Assembly (NCBI RefSeq): GCF_006345805.1
Contig: NW_021835472.1
Span: 5,495 to 69,494, forward strand
Length of the DNA stretch: 64,000 nucleotides
Reading direction: 5' to 3'
DNA from: Octopus sinensis
Taxonomy: Eukaryota
This document shows positions 37,921 to 51,412 of this stretch, piece after piece (within the stretch, counting starts at the first letter, position 1; each line of letters begins with the position of its first letter). Below the pieces are notes generated by a model. It had not been told where the DNA came from, did no database searches, and was given only the letters and a program-made list of their open reading frames with translations. Made by a program: the position numbers and the translations under genes.

Positions 37921-39316
37921 ACGTTGTCATCTGTTGGTATTGATACATCGATTAGAAAGCATTTTTCCCTTGATTATCTCTGACAACTATATCTGGCCTG
38001 TTGGCCTTAATTTCTGTATGTGCGTGTACTGGCATATCCCATAGTATGGTTGCTTTCTTATATCTGTGACTTTTTCTAGCGTGTGCCTATACCATCTTTT
38101 TTCTGTTGTTATTCCATAGCGTTGGCATAGCTTCCAGTATATATAGGTCCCAACTCTCTCATGTCTGTGAACGTATTCCTTCTTACCCAGAAACTATTGT
38201 TTGTTTATTGCTTCTTCTTCATCTCCACATATTCTGCAGTTACTTGTTTCTTTTCATTAAATTTTTTGGGGTAATTTCTGGTGGAGAGGCTTTAGCGTTG
38301 TGCTGCAATTGAAAAATTTTTCAGTCTCTGCTTTGAGTCCTGTTTTTCTTTTGCCATTGTTGGAATTTTGCTTTCTTTATTTCTTTTGCGTTTATTCTAA
38401 CCCAGTATTTGCCATGAAGGGCTTTTCTTGCCATCGTTTTATCATGGTCCGTTGCTGTTCCAGTTTTAGTTTGGATTTCATTTGTTTTACAGATTTTGTT
38501 GCTTCTTCTTTTTCTTCATATTTGTTGGGTAGTATGACTTCTCGTTTGAATTTGTCAGCTTCCTTAAAGACTGAAAACCATTTTTGCTTTGTTCGTATTT
38601 TCTGGCTATTTGTATTAATTTTCCTTGCTTCTGAAATTGATACTTTTGTAGTCCTAAGGTGTTTATTTCCTAATAGTTTACTTGATGTTTCAGGCCTCTA
38701 CCACCTTCTATACGTTACATATATAAACTTTTTATATCAGATTTTTGGTGGTGCATTCAAAATTCTGTCATTATTTTTCTTATCCTGTCTATTTTGATTA
38801 GTTCATTTGGTATCCAGTTAAGGATATTGTAACTGTAACTTATAACTGGGACGGCTAGAATGTTGATAGCTATTATCTTATTTTTTGCATTGAGCTCTGT
38901 TTTCAGTATTAATCTAAATTGTCTGTAGTATTCTTTTTTTTTTAGATTTTCTATTTCATTTGTGTGTATTGTAACGTATATAGTTCATTGATATTAAGTA
39001 ATTGTATGTTTGGCTTTGGTCTAATTCTCTTATTTCATATGCTTTATTTAGTATGATTTTGCTACTCTTAACTAGTTTTTCTTTCAAGGTTGTTTTGGCA
39101 CATTTTTCTAAGTCAAATTTCATGTCTTTTTCTTTGGTAAATCCGGGTACTGTCTGCAGTACTGTTTCAAGCTGTTAATCATTTGTAGCGTGCAGTTTTA
39201 GGTCATCCATATATAAAAGGTGGCTGATTGCTTTGCGGTAACATTTGTATCCGCATCCATTTTTGTTTAGCATGTCAGATAAAGGTGTCACAGTCAAGCA
39301 GAAAAGGAGTGCAGAA
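37921..39316 (-). pseudogene. R4/Dong-like non-LTR retrotransposon, RT 3' half plus Zn-knuckle plus restriction-like endonuclease, degraded
   Basis: [23 protein letters not shown]...[14 protein letters not shown] (YMDD 39202-39213); ILKTELNAKNKIIAINILAVPVISYS; EGGRGL; CRICGD; RHERVG..IYWKLC; KANRPDIVV...LIDVSIPTDDN. Multiple stops and frameshifts. Confidence 0.92.
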
Positions 39317-39364
39317 AAGGAGCAGAAATGGAGTGTATACACATATACCACGGGTATATATATA

Positions 39365-39500
<136 letters not shown>

Positions 39501-39501
39501 G

Positions 39502-39799
39502 TGAGGTGCAATGGCCCATTGGTTAGGGCAGCGGACTCGCGGTCGGAGGATCGTGGTTTCGATTCCCAGACCGGGCGTTGTGTGTGTTTATTGAGCGAAA
39601 ACACCAAAGAACTCCATGAGGCTCCGGCAGGGGGTGGTGATCCCTGCTGTACTCTTTCACCACTCTTTCTCTCACTCTTTCTTCTGTTGGCCTGCTCGCT
39701 TAGCCAGCGGGGTGGCGTCGTTCGAAGGCTAAAACAATGCAAACGCATAGTGACCAGCGATGTGTAGCAACATCTGATGGTCTGGTCGGTCACGTGATC
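39502..39799 (+). mobile_element. SINE, family C head with a third tail type
   Basis: Matches family C up to ctctcactcttt, then diverges to ...gtgaccagcgatgtgtagcaacatctgatggtctggtcggtcacgtgat. Confidence 0.85.
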
Positions 39800-40359
39800 A
39801 CCTGATATATATACACACGCACACATATAACTGTGTGTGCCTGTGAGTATGTGTGTCTGTGTGTGCGAGTGTGTGCGTGAGTGTGCAAGTGTTTACTAGT
39901 GTGATACCACGTGGCTAGTGGGTAGGGTTTTGTTCTTTCTGATTCGACGTCACAGTTTCGTTTTCCAGGTGAGGCAGTGCCATATGCTCTTTATTAAAAA
40001 AGGAAAACAAAACAAAAAAACTTTCTTTTTATATTTTCGTACAATCACTTCGACATCTTAGGCGTAGCACATATTGTACCTGTACCGGCAATGTTGATGA
40101 AACAGAGCGCTTAATCGAACGCACAGAACAAACATTAGGTTACTAAAAACACAGCTTGTCTTGAGGTTGTTCGACAATTTTCTAACGTACAATCTGTACA
40201 AGACCAGTGACTACACCATGCGCGCATATGTTTATAGTTGAAAGAAGAATAGAGTTCTACGCAAATCAATTTTTATATATAAAAAATTGAGACGAAAATA
40301 ACACTGAAGTAAATCTAAGACATTTCAAATTAAGAATGAATTTAATAAAATTATGAGAA

Positions 40360-40600
40360 ATATTATTATTTCTTAATCTATCAACGAGAGACATTCAGTA
40401 ACTGAACTCTAAAGTAAAGATCATTAGCCAGCATAATATGTCATTTAGCCCCAGGAAAACATCGTCTCCAGCTGGCTATTCGACACACCATCTGCGTCCT
40501 TATAGAGATACATTCACTAACAGTACTCTAAAGTAAAGATTATTTGACAACATAACTGTTACTGAATGTCCCCCGTTGAGAGATTTTAAAATAATAATAT
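40360..40600. repeat. MITE-like foldback with 43-bp imperfect terminal inverted repeats and an internal direct duplication
   Basis: atattattatttcttaatctatcaacgagagacattcagtaac (40360-40402) versus gttactgaatgtcccccgttgagagattttaaaataataatat (40558-40600). Confidence 0.6.
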
Positions 40601-40754
40601 TTCTATTTATTAGATCAGTAACCGTGTGCCACTTTGAAAATTATATATATTTTCGAACAGGGATTTAGCGGTGCCATCTCTAGCAGAGCTGTTATGAAAC
40701 AATTGTAGGAATAGCAGATGACACATTCGCCTGTTCTTGATATATATTTATATA

Positions 40755-41134
40755 GGAGCACTCCGTCTGTTGCGACGATGAGGGTCCCAGCTGATACGAT
40801 CAACGGAACAGCTTGCTCGTGATATTAACGTGCAAGTGGCTGAGCACTCCACAGACACGTGTACCCTTAACGTAGTTCTCGAGAAGATTCAGCGTGACAC
40901 AGAGTGTGACAAGGCCGGCCCTTTGAAATACAGGTACAAGAGAAACAGGGAGAACGAGCGAGAGAAAGTTGTGGTAAAAGAGTACAGCAGGGTTCACCAC
41001 CACCCCCTGCCGGAGCCTCGTGGAGCTTTAGGTGTTTTCGCTCAATAAACACTCACAATGCCCGATCTGGGAATTGAAACCGCGATCCTCCGACCGCGAG
41101 TCCGCTGCCCTAACCACTGGGCCATTGCGCCTCC
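40755..41134 (-). mobile_element. SINE family C with TSD
   Basis: 11-bp TSD atatttatata at 40744-54 and 41135-45. Confidence 0.93.
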
Positions 41135-41449
41135 ATATTTATATACATATAGAATCAAATGAATAATAACATACAATGTATAATTGATGATTCATTACGG
41201 CTGTTCCTTACGCATGTTTTTAATAGATTAAAAACATTACTTCGTTACAAAAGACTGCAACCATGCGATGAAACGTAATTTTACAGACAAAAGAATATCT
41301 CAAGAATACAGCAGGCATGTGGCCGAAGTCTATCGACGTGAATTATGAGATTTCGTTTCGACAGTATTTATTCTTGGGATATCCTTTCGTTTGTAAAATT
41401 ACGTTTCATCTGATAATTACTGAGTTTTTGTAATATAATAGAGTAATGT

Positions 41450-41483
<34 letters not shown>

Positions 41484-41485
<2 letters not shown>

Positions 41486-41770
41486 ATATAATTCGAGACA
41501 AAACCACTATTTTAAAACCAAACAAGAAAATACTTAATCAATACATAAAATTTTAAATAAATTAAATAAACCGCCACAGCAATTGTTTCATGTCTGCTAC
41601 CGACAATCTTCAGGTGTATTTTCGATCTCCTAATCCGTATCAAATTTTGAATACAGCAGACATGAAACAATTGTTGTGGCGGTTTATTTAATTTATATTA
41701 AAATTTTATGTATTGATTAAGTCTTTTCTTGTTTGGTTTTAAAATAGTTGTTTTGTCTCGAATTATATTA
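41484..41770. repeat. Inverted repeat, arms 41484-41598 and 41655-41770, Penelope pLTR-like
   Basis: About 115-bp arms with few mismatches and a 56-bp spacer. Confidence 0.92.
41575..41616 (-). ncRNA. Type-I hammerhead-like motif (degenerate)
   Basis: Minus strand: cac CTGAAGA t tgtc ggtagca gaca t GAAA caattg ct gtg; the opposite arm retains GAAAcaattgtt with a GUU triplet. Confidence 0.55.
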
Positions 41771-41909
41771 TATAATATTTTACTATAAAATTGGATTTAA
41801 CCCTAAATCTGATTTTTCCCTGTAATTTTGGATTCATTCCCTAATATTTATTATTATATATATATATATATATGTGTGTGTGTTTCTCTCCGTGTTTCTT
41901 TTCTGTGTA

Positions 41910-41947
41910 TCTTTCTGTTGAAGAGCGTAGGCTCGAAACGTAAAAGA
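41910..41947 (+). ncRNA. Type-I minimal hammerhead ribozyme motif (A6-to-U variant)
   Basis: Stem I tcttt/aaaga, core CTGTTGA (CTGATGA in the 24150 homolog), extra A, stem II gagc/gctc with gtag loop, GAAACGTA. Confidence 0.7.
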
Positions 41948-42043
41948 CTTGTTTTATTTATATTCCTGAGCGCCATACTAATACAATTGTTTGTTTGTAT
42001 TCCACCTGCCTTCGTCTTTTGTTTATTTTCATAGGGCTTCCCG

Positions 42044-42074
<31 letters not shown>

Positions 42075-42078
<4 letters not shown>

Positions 42079-42300
42079 CTAATGTGTGTTTGTGTTGGTA
42101 TTTGTGCAACCATCAACGTTTGACATCCAATGCTGGTGTGTTTACGTCCCGTAACTTAGCGTTTCGGCTAAATAGACCGATGGAAAAAGTAGTAGGCTTT
42201 AAAAAATAAATCCTGGGATCGATTTGTTCAACTAAACATTTCCAAGGCGTTGCTTCTGGATGAACACCGTCAAATGACCGAAACAGGTAAAAGAAAAAGT
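42075..42300 (+). mobile_element. SINE family A, 3' module
   Basis: aatgctggtgtgtttacgtcccgtaacttagcg...gtcaaatgaccgaaacaggtaaaaga. Confidence 0.8.
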
Positions 42301-43091
42301 TATCCTGTTTATGCTGTATTATAGATTTGGTTTCATAACAACCAGGCCATACCATAAATAATCGGCAGTAGGCGGTGCACAATTCATTTATCAAACGCAA
42401 GTTTTCATGCAAGGATCACTTCACCCAGCCGATGCCCTTAACTTAAAAATGAGATTACCTTCCCTGTCCTCAAGAACGAAAATATATATTGGTAAATTTC
42501 TCTGTTCCATCCTCACAGTAAGAGCTCCCTTCTGAAGAAATCTTGTGAAAAACTTTACGGTTCTACCCATCAGTCTTTACTCACACCCACACAAATACAC
42601 ATTCAAGGATATATATTTTTCGTTCTTCCATCTGTATTTCCCATTAAACCTATTCATTCTCGACATCGTCTTTAGCCATCATCGGGCCTCAACCAAATAA
42701 AAACAAAGAAAAATGAGAGACCAAAATTACGAAACGAATTCTGTCACGCAGATCAGCATCTAAAAGAATTAATGTGAGGTCTATTACTCTGATGGGACTA
42801 TGAAACTTCCTGGTTCTTTTTGTACGAATTTTTTTCACTTGAGAATTCCATTCCACCATTTTTTGTAACATTCCTCATACATGTAAATCGGTTATGATAT
42901 TTTCAATCTGTACTTAAAAAGAAATTGAAGGCCGTTAAAATTCCATTCCACTCTAGGATAGTTTTTTCACACGACACCGTGAAGTATTGTCTATTACGTA
43001 ACTAAACGATATATAATACGAGTATATAATATAATACATAACCAATATATATGTGTATATGGATATAAATATATGTATATGTATATGTATG

Positions 43092-43123
<32 letters not shown>

Positions 43124-43153
43124 TATATATATATATATAATATATATATATTA

Positions 43154-43188
<35 letters not shown>

Positions 43189-43222
43189 ATTATATATATA
43201 TATATATATATATTTATAATAA

Positions 43223-43294
<72 letters not shown>

Positions 43295-43319
43295 TTCATA
43301 CAGCATATTCTTTTCTTCT

Positions 43320-43463
43320 CAATTTGCTTCACTCGAACTAATTGACCCCCAGGACGTATTCTTTGTAAACCTCTTTTGCCGAACCGCTAACTTACGGGAG
43401 ACGGAAACACACCAACATTGGTTATCAAGCGATGGTGGGGGCACATACAAAAAAACACACACG

Positions 43464-43524
<61 letters not shown>

Positions 43525-43690
43525 CTATACGACTGGCGTCTTTCAGTTTCCGTCTCCCAAATCTACTCACAAGGCTTTTGTTGGCCGGAGGGTATAGTAG
43601 AAAATACTTGCCCAAGGTGCCACGCAGTGGGACAGAACCCGGAACCATGTGGTTGGGAAGTATGATTCTTACCCCACAGCCACTCATAAA
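43320..43690 (-). mobile_element. SINE family A
   Basis: cccaaggtgccacgcagtgggacagaacccggaaccatgtgg is the reverse complement of the family A head and CORE-like region. Confidence 0.88.
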
Positions 43691-45377
43691 GAGATAGGTG
43701 GGGAGAGAGGAGGGGGAGGGAGAAAGAGAGAGAAAACTTGGACAAAGACTCTTGTGTTAAGATGTCTTATGTCTTAATACGCCGAGGCAAGTTGTGCCTG
43801 GATTTATTAAGAGCGAGTATGCAGATAATATTTCCACATCTCGCTTTGCATGCTGTCAATAACGATGTTCCATAAAAAAAAATTCTGTGAATATTAATTT
43901 CACATTTCGGCACAAAGCCAGTAATTTTCAGTAGTTTATCGACCCCGAAAGGATGAAACACAAAGGCACCCCGGCGGCATTTGAACTCACAAATGTTCAT
44001 ATTAAATCCTAATGTTGTTAGAGACATATTTTTATGGAAGGGTGTTAATCTGTAGGTAACCAATGCACCCACTCAAAAAACGGTTTGTCATTTTCTTCCT
44101 TCCTGTCTCATCAATATCGAAAATGTTGAATAAAAGGGAGTTAATCGGTTAGTCACCAAACACTCGAACGCACATAATACTTCTTTACTCACTACTGACA
44201 GGAATTATTTAAAACAAGGGAGTACAACTGGTGGATGACTAATCTACAACAAGCATGACTACAGCTTAAATATAATTGTTTTAATTTTGATACAATTTTT
44301 TTTTCTTTTTAGTGGAAGAACATGTCGGTTACTTCTCCCCCAGTATCTGGCCCCGAAAGCACGAAAGGAAAATTAACCTCCACGGACATTGAACTGACGA
44401 TTTAATGAATCAGAATAAATGCTGTCAAGCATAGTTTCCGATCTGGTTAACGATTCTGCAAGCTCACCATCTCAGCGTCTGAAAGCAAATAATAATAAGG
44501 GAGATAATCGGCCACTAATTAATATAGAAAAATCATGGCTGCTGAGCTAATCACCAACAGATATTGGGATATAATCGGAAAACAAACTCGTATATTATTT
44601 ACATAATCAACGTCAGATATCATGAAATAGATAGATAACTGATAATTACAAACTTGCTAAATCCATTCAGCTTTATTTGTATAAGTCATTAATTCAAATT
44701 CTTATAATCGTGTGATGGTTGTAACCTCAATTTCAACCTACAGAGGTCCTTGAATCTCCCTTCTGCTGGAAAGTATAATGTTAGAAACGTCGCGATTGCA
44801 AAACTAAGAATGAGAACTATTTCTCGTTTGTATCAATGAATATAGGTGAGAGTTTCTCGAATCCTTTATTCCTAAAATGCGGATAAAAATGTATTATACT
44901 CTCATATTCACGTATCGCGTTCAGGAAGTGTTCTTATATAAGAGCCAGAAATAAAATGGCTAACACAAGCGGCTTATCATGATCCAGCACTATATTCATA
45001 CATATTCGATGAATAATCGGAGAGGTAGATATATTGATTGTATTTTCACATTCGATTTGTACACACTATCATTTACTATCGTCCGAAGATCGATATAGTG
45101 AAACTCGAAATAATATCCAGTGAAGATTTCATCTTAGAATGAACAATGTAACCGAACTATTAAAAAGATGGTTGTTTGATAAGGTGCTATATTTGTTTGT
45201 TTGTCTCAATTTTAGATTGTATTTTCTGGTAAATTGGTATTCTTAGTTTCTTGACTTTATTTTATGTGAATTATATATATTATATTTTGTATATATGAAT
45301 GAAATACGAAAATCGAAACGTTAGTTAGATGGCAAATAGTATAGAATATATCACAGAAGCTAAACAATTTCAACACC

Positions 45378-46250
45378 CGTGGTTGTGTGGCAAGAATCTT
45401 GCTCCTCGACCGCATAGTCTTACTGCGTGGCGTCTTGGGCTACTGTATTTTACTACAACCGCGGGCCGACCAATAATCTGTAAGTGCTTGTGGTAGATAG
45501 AAAGTGAAAGGAGACTATCGTCCATGTATGTATGTATGTATGCATGTATGTATGTATGTATGTATGCATGTATGTATGTATGTGTGTCTGTATGTACGTG
45601 TATGCGTGTGTGTGTGAATGTGTGTCTGTGTGTACGTGTCCGTGTGTGAGTGTGTCTGTGTTTGTTGCCACCGCCGCTTAATAAATGTTAGTGTGTACGT
45701 TCCGTTACGTAGCGGTTCGGCAAAAGAAGCGAGAGAATAAGTAAAAGATAAGTACTGAGAGCGATTCATTTGACAAAAAATCCTAAATATGTCTTCGTGG
45801 CGGTGTCCCAGCATGGCCGCACTCTCATAAGGGAAACAAGTAAAAGATACACACACACACAATCACACACACACACAAACACACACACATTTATATAGGC
45901 GCAGGGATGACTGCGTGGTAAGAAGCTTGTTTCCCAACCGCATAGCACCGGGTTAAGGCCCACTACGTGGCTCCTTGGGCAAGTGTCTTTTACTATAACC
46001 TAGGGCCGACAAAAGCCTTGTGAGTGGCAGACGGAAACTAAAAGAAGCCCGTCGCATATATATATATATATATATATTTGTGTGTCTGTATTTGTCCCCC
46101 AACCAACCTTTGAAAATGGTGTTGACATAGCGGTTTGGCAAAGGCGACTGATACTAGACTTACAAAGAATTAGTCCTGTGGCCGATTTATTGGACTGAAG
46201 GCGGTGCTCCAGCATGGCCGCAGTCAAATGATTGAAACAAATGAAAGAAT
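45378..46250 (+). mobile_element. Two tandem SINE family A copies (about 45378-45848 and 45898-46250)
   Basis: Both show 5' module, microsatellite and 3' module. Confidence 0.82.
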
Positions 46251-46899
46251 ACACACACATATACATGTGTGTGTGTGTATTTACCTCTATATGTAAACAT
46301 GTATATGAACACCCTCCACACACACACATATATATATGACGTATATAAGTATGTATATACTTATGTATTTCAGAATATATGCTTGTCTGTGTATGTTATG
46401 TGTTTATCATCACGTTTGAGAGCGTGCTGGATTATCTTGCTAGATAATCCGGCACGAGACATTCGTAAAGAGAGAAAGCCGTATAGAATAACATGTATGT
46501 ACATATTTGTACACCATCAACATATATCCATATATACACGAAATAATAAGTTACATATACCTGTGTACATATCCAGGTGTGTCCGTGTGTGTTTGTCTGT
46601 GTGTGTGTGTGTGTGTGTATGTGTGTGTTCATGCGTATGACAATATACATGTACGCACAACACGTACATCTACGTAAATACAAATATATACATATATAGA
46701 AGGTGAAAAAAGCGATGCGTAGATTTCTGTTTATTTGCACGCATTTCGGTCTGTTCGTATGCACGAACACGTGCATGCCATTCTCCTCCTCTCAATTGCT
46801 TTGTATGTTCATGTACATACATATACATGCATACATATATACAAGCATGCATATGTGCGTTTGCGTGTACGCGCATGTGTGCACAGGTATATGTTTTAT

Positions 46900-48080
<1,181 letters not shown>

Positions 48081-48727
48081 AACCGTGTATATTGGTATAG
48101 CCAACAGCGCTGTTTTCATTAAAGGCAGGCTTGGCACATGTTGTGGTCCCCGTTAAAATATAATTATTTCTAAATCCATTATAGATTGAAGAACGTAGTC
48201 GTTTAGTCAGTGTTCTTGTACAGATATTAACAAGAATATACGAACAAGAACACTGTACATATATGAAAAAAAAATTAAAGAACACAACTCCGGTAAAATC
48301 AACATCCTTCTCCATCAATCATGAAGACCATTCCTGGCCAATCACTCTCCTGGATATATCTACCAAATCTCATTTACTTATATGATGAAACGCTATATTA
48401 CACAAAGAACACAAATAAATGAGTGGTAGATATAGGCCTGTATAATTGTATGTTAGTTTTCTTTTCCTGTATGTATGTGTTTACGAGATTACGCATGACA
48501 TGTTTATACTTTTTGCAAATAAATTTGCTAAATAATCTATGTACTCATATCATACAACAAAGCCACCGTACAGAGGCAGACACACACATGAAGAAAAGAG
48601 CATACATGGTGTCTTATGACTTCAGTAAGTGAAAGTTAAGTGTTGGATCAATGTAAAATATAACTTGTGTGTATATGGATTTAGTCAGTGATATTTAGGG
48701 GCCTCTCTATGTATAAAATGATGCATA

Positions 48728-49034
48728 TCTTTTTATATAAAGTTGAAGTTGTGTGTGTGAGACTCTGTCTCCTCCGATTTAGATTTCTAACTACTCCCAC
48801 ATTTTGCGTTGCAGTTTAACCAAAAGCAGATATCTTATAGTCATCATTCATATCGAGCCCTTCTGGGTATTAGCGCGCGTCTACGATGAGTCTACGATTT
48901 AAAACAAAATTTACCATCATTTTTCCGCATTTTTAATGATTTTTGCTCGGGTTATATAAGGGAAGTAACTCTCTAAAAATGCTTATATAGTTATTTCCCT
49001 TACAAACCCGAGCAACGCCGGGCGATACTGCTAG
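48728..49034 (+). mobile_element. Non-autonomous Helitron
   Basis: 5' A|TC at 48727-29 (tctttttatataaagttgaag), 3' hairpin cccgagcaacgccggg (49007-49022), then CTAG|T at 49031-35; no TSD. Confidence 0.75.
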
Positions 49035-49090
49035 TATGTATATATATATATTTATTTATTTATATATTTATATATATATATATATATGCA

Positions 49091-49146
<56 letters not shown>

Positions 49147-49747
49147 CAGATATACATGCATATATATATCTATATAAACACATAGATAAAGTCGTGTGGC
49201 TCCGTAGTAAGGGCTTCCAGCTTACGATTGTACGGTAATGAGTTCAAATCCTGGGGCTGTGCTGTGTCCTTGAGCAGGACACCAGAATGAAGTGTACTTG
49301 CAATTGAAAGCATTAGTTTAAGAGTATTCGTGTTTATGGAATACTCAGCCACTTACACGTAAATTTCACGAGCAGGATGTTCCATCGACGGTGTGCCAGT
49401 TCAGTGAGTGAGTGTGCGTGCGTGTGTGTGCGAGTGTACGTGTGTGTTACTCTATGCATGCATATGTTTATACATACAAGTTGGTAGAAAACTATTAATT
49501 GTGTGTAATCTGATATGTGAAAACGCTGGCTAAGTGGTAACAGTAATGCATTCACAATCCTTAGATCAGTGTTTCCATTCGCGGACCAGGCTGCAAATCA
49601 TACTGTGTTCTTGAACAAGAGAAAATACCCTATTTCACGTTGTTGCAGTAAATGGCTAACATTGCGACAGACTAACCTTCCTATCAAGGAGTATGTTGGC
49701 CTGATCGTCTAGCCTGTGTGGTTCCTTAATCGAAATCTTAATCAATA

Positions 49748-50170
49748 GGCGCAGGAGTGGCTGTGTGGTAAGTAGCTTCCTTACCAACCACATGGTTCCG
49801 GGTTCAGTCCCACTGCGTGGCACCTTGGGCAAGTGTCTTCTACTATAGCCTCGGGCCGACCAAAGCCTTGCGAGTGGATTTGGTAGACGGAAACTGAAAG
49901 AAGCCCGTCGTATATATGTATGTATATATATATATGTATGTGTGTGTGTTTGTGTGTCTGTGTTTGTCCCCCCAACATTGTTTGACAACCGATGCTGGTG
50001 TGTTTATGTCCCCGTTACTTAGCGGTTCGGCAAAAGGGACCGATAGAATAAGTACTGGGCTTACAAAAAGAATAAGTCCCGGGGTCGAGTTGCTCGACTA
50101 AAGGCGGTGCTCCAGCATGGCCGCAGTCAAATGACTGAAACAAGTAAAAGAGGTAAAAAAATAAAAGAGT
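49748..50170 (+). mobile_element. SINE family A (tRNA head plus CORE-like domain), full length, reference copy
   Basis: A-box gtggctgtgtgg, B-box-like gggttcagtccc, CORE-like gcaccttgggcaagtgtctt, internal (TA)(TG), 3' module ending (aagagt/aaaag)n. Confidence 0.95.
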
Positions 50171-50486
50171 AATGCAAAAGAACATTGAGACTAGCGTTGT
50201 ATTACAGTATCCGACAGTCTAATCGAGACCGTGAAACCGTGTGATAAATTGATATTAGACGTATGGGATATAAGACGTATATATGTGTAGATATTTCGTG
50301 AATTAAAGTACCTAGCATTTAATTCGGTGAGATGTCTGGTTAGAGGGGCATAGTCTAGTACTCCGTTACTTACTGTGACGAAGGTTCCGGTTAATCCGAT
50401 CAACGAAACAGCCTAATCGTGATATTAATTTGTGAATGTCCTCAGATTTGTAACCACGTGGATGCATTGTTAGAATACCGTATTTA

Positions 50487-50700
50487 TTTCTTTATTGCCC
50501 ACAGGGGTCTAAACATACAAGGGACAAACAAACGGATTAAGTCGATTATATCGACCCCAGTACTCAACTGATACTTATTTAATCGACCCTGAAAAGGATG
50601 AAAGGCAAAGTCAATCTCGGCAGAATTTGAACTCAGAACGTAGCGACTGACGAAATACTGCTAAGCATTTCGCCCGGCGTGTTAACGATTCTGCAAGCTC
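50487..50700 (-). mobile_element. SINE family B (B1 tail)
   Basis: Reverse complement aligns with 5385-5605. Confidence 0.88.
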
Positions 50701-50863
50701 GCAGTCTTCAATAGGGTTACAACACCGTATTATTGAGATATACGTCTTGAGAGATCCTCTGATATAGATATATATAAGAAGCACAGACATATATAAGAAG
50801 CACAGACATAAAGGATATAAAGAATGCTATTCCATTCCGTATTAGTACTTCTTCAGTCGCTAG

Positions 50864-50896
<33 letters not shown>

Positions 50897-50975
50897 TATA
50901 TATAGCTATTTTGTACTTGGTTTCCTAAGTTCTTTATGAGAATTCGTGTGTTGAAACATATTTTAGTGTGTCTGG

Positions 50976-51137
50976 GGAGAGTCATTCTCTTTTGGTGCCT
51001 TATTATTTAACACACTCAACGATTCGATTTCCATTCATTTACCTATTTATTTATTAGAAAAAATACATAAGTAAACAAGTGGAAATAGAACCGGTGTGTG
51101 TATTAAGCACTAAATCACTAAAAGAGAATGACTCTCC
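50976..51137. repeat. Imperfect inverted repeat with a perfect 18-bp outer core
   Basis: ggagagtcattctctttt (50976-93) and aaaagagaatgactctcc (51120-37), with patchy inner pairing (ttcgatttcca/tggaaatagaa). Confidence 0.75.
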
Positions 51138-51376
51138 TCAGACGAGTAATATATATATATATATACATGCCCGTGCGTGTGTCCTAGTGTGTGTGCGTGT
51201 GTATATGTATGTAGCCCGGACCAGCAAGGCTGAAAATTTTCCTTTACATTTACGGAAGAATATGTGGCTGGAGCGTTACTAACGATACGAATGAATGTAA
51301 AAGAAAGAAGTGTATATTTATATAAATTTATATACACAGAAGCATGCACACTTCAATATATACATATTTATATATA

Positions 51377-51412
<36 letters not shown>

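Noticed and set aside
42472-42628. About 18-bp inverted repeat (aagaacgaaaatatatat)
   Set aside because: Short, AT-rich and imperfect; plausible by chance.
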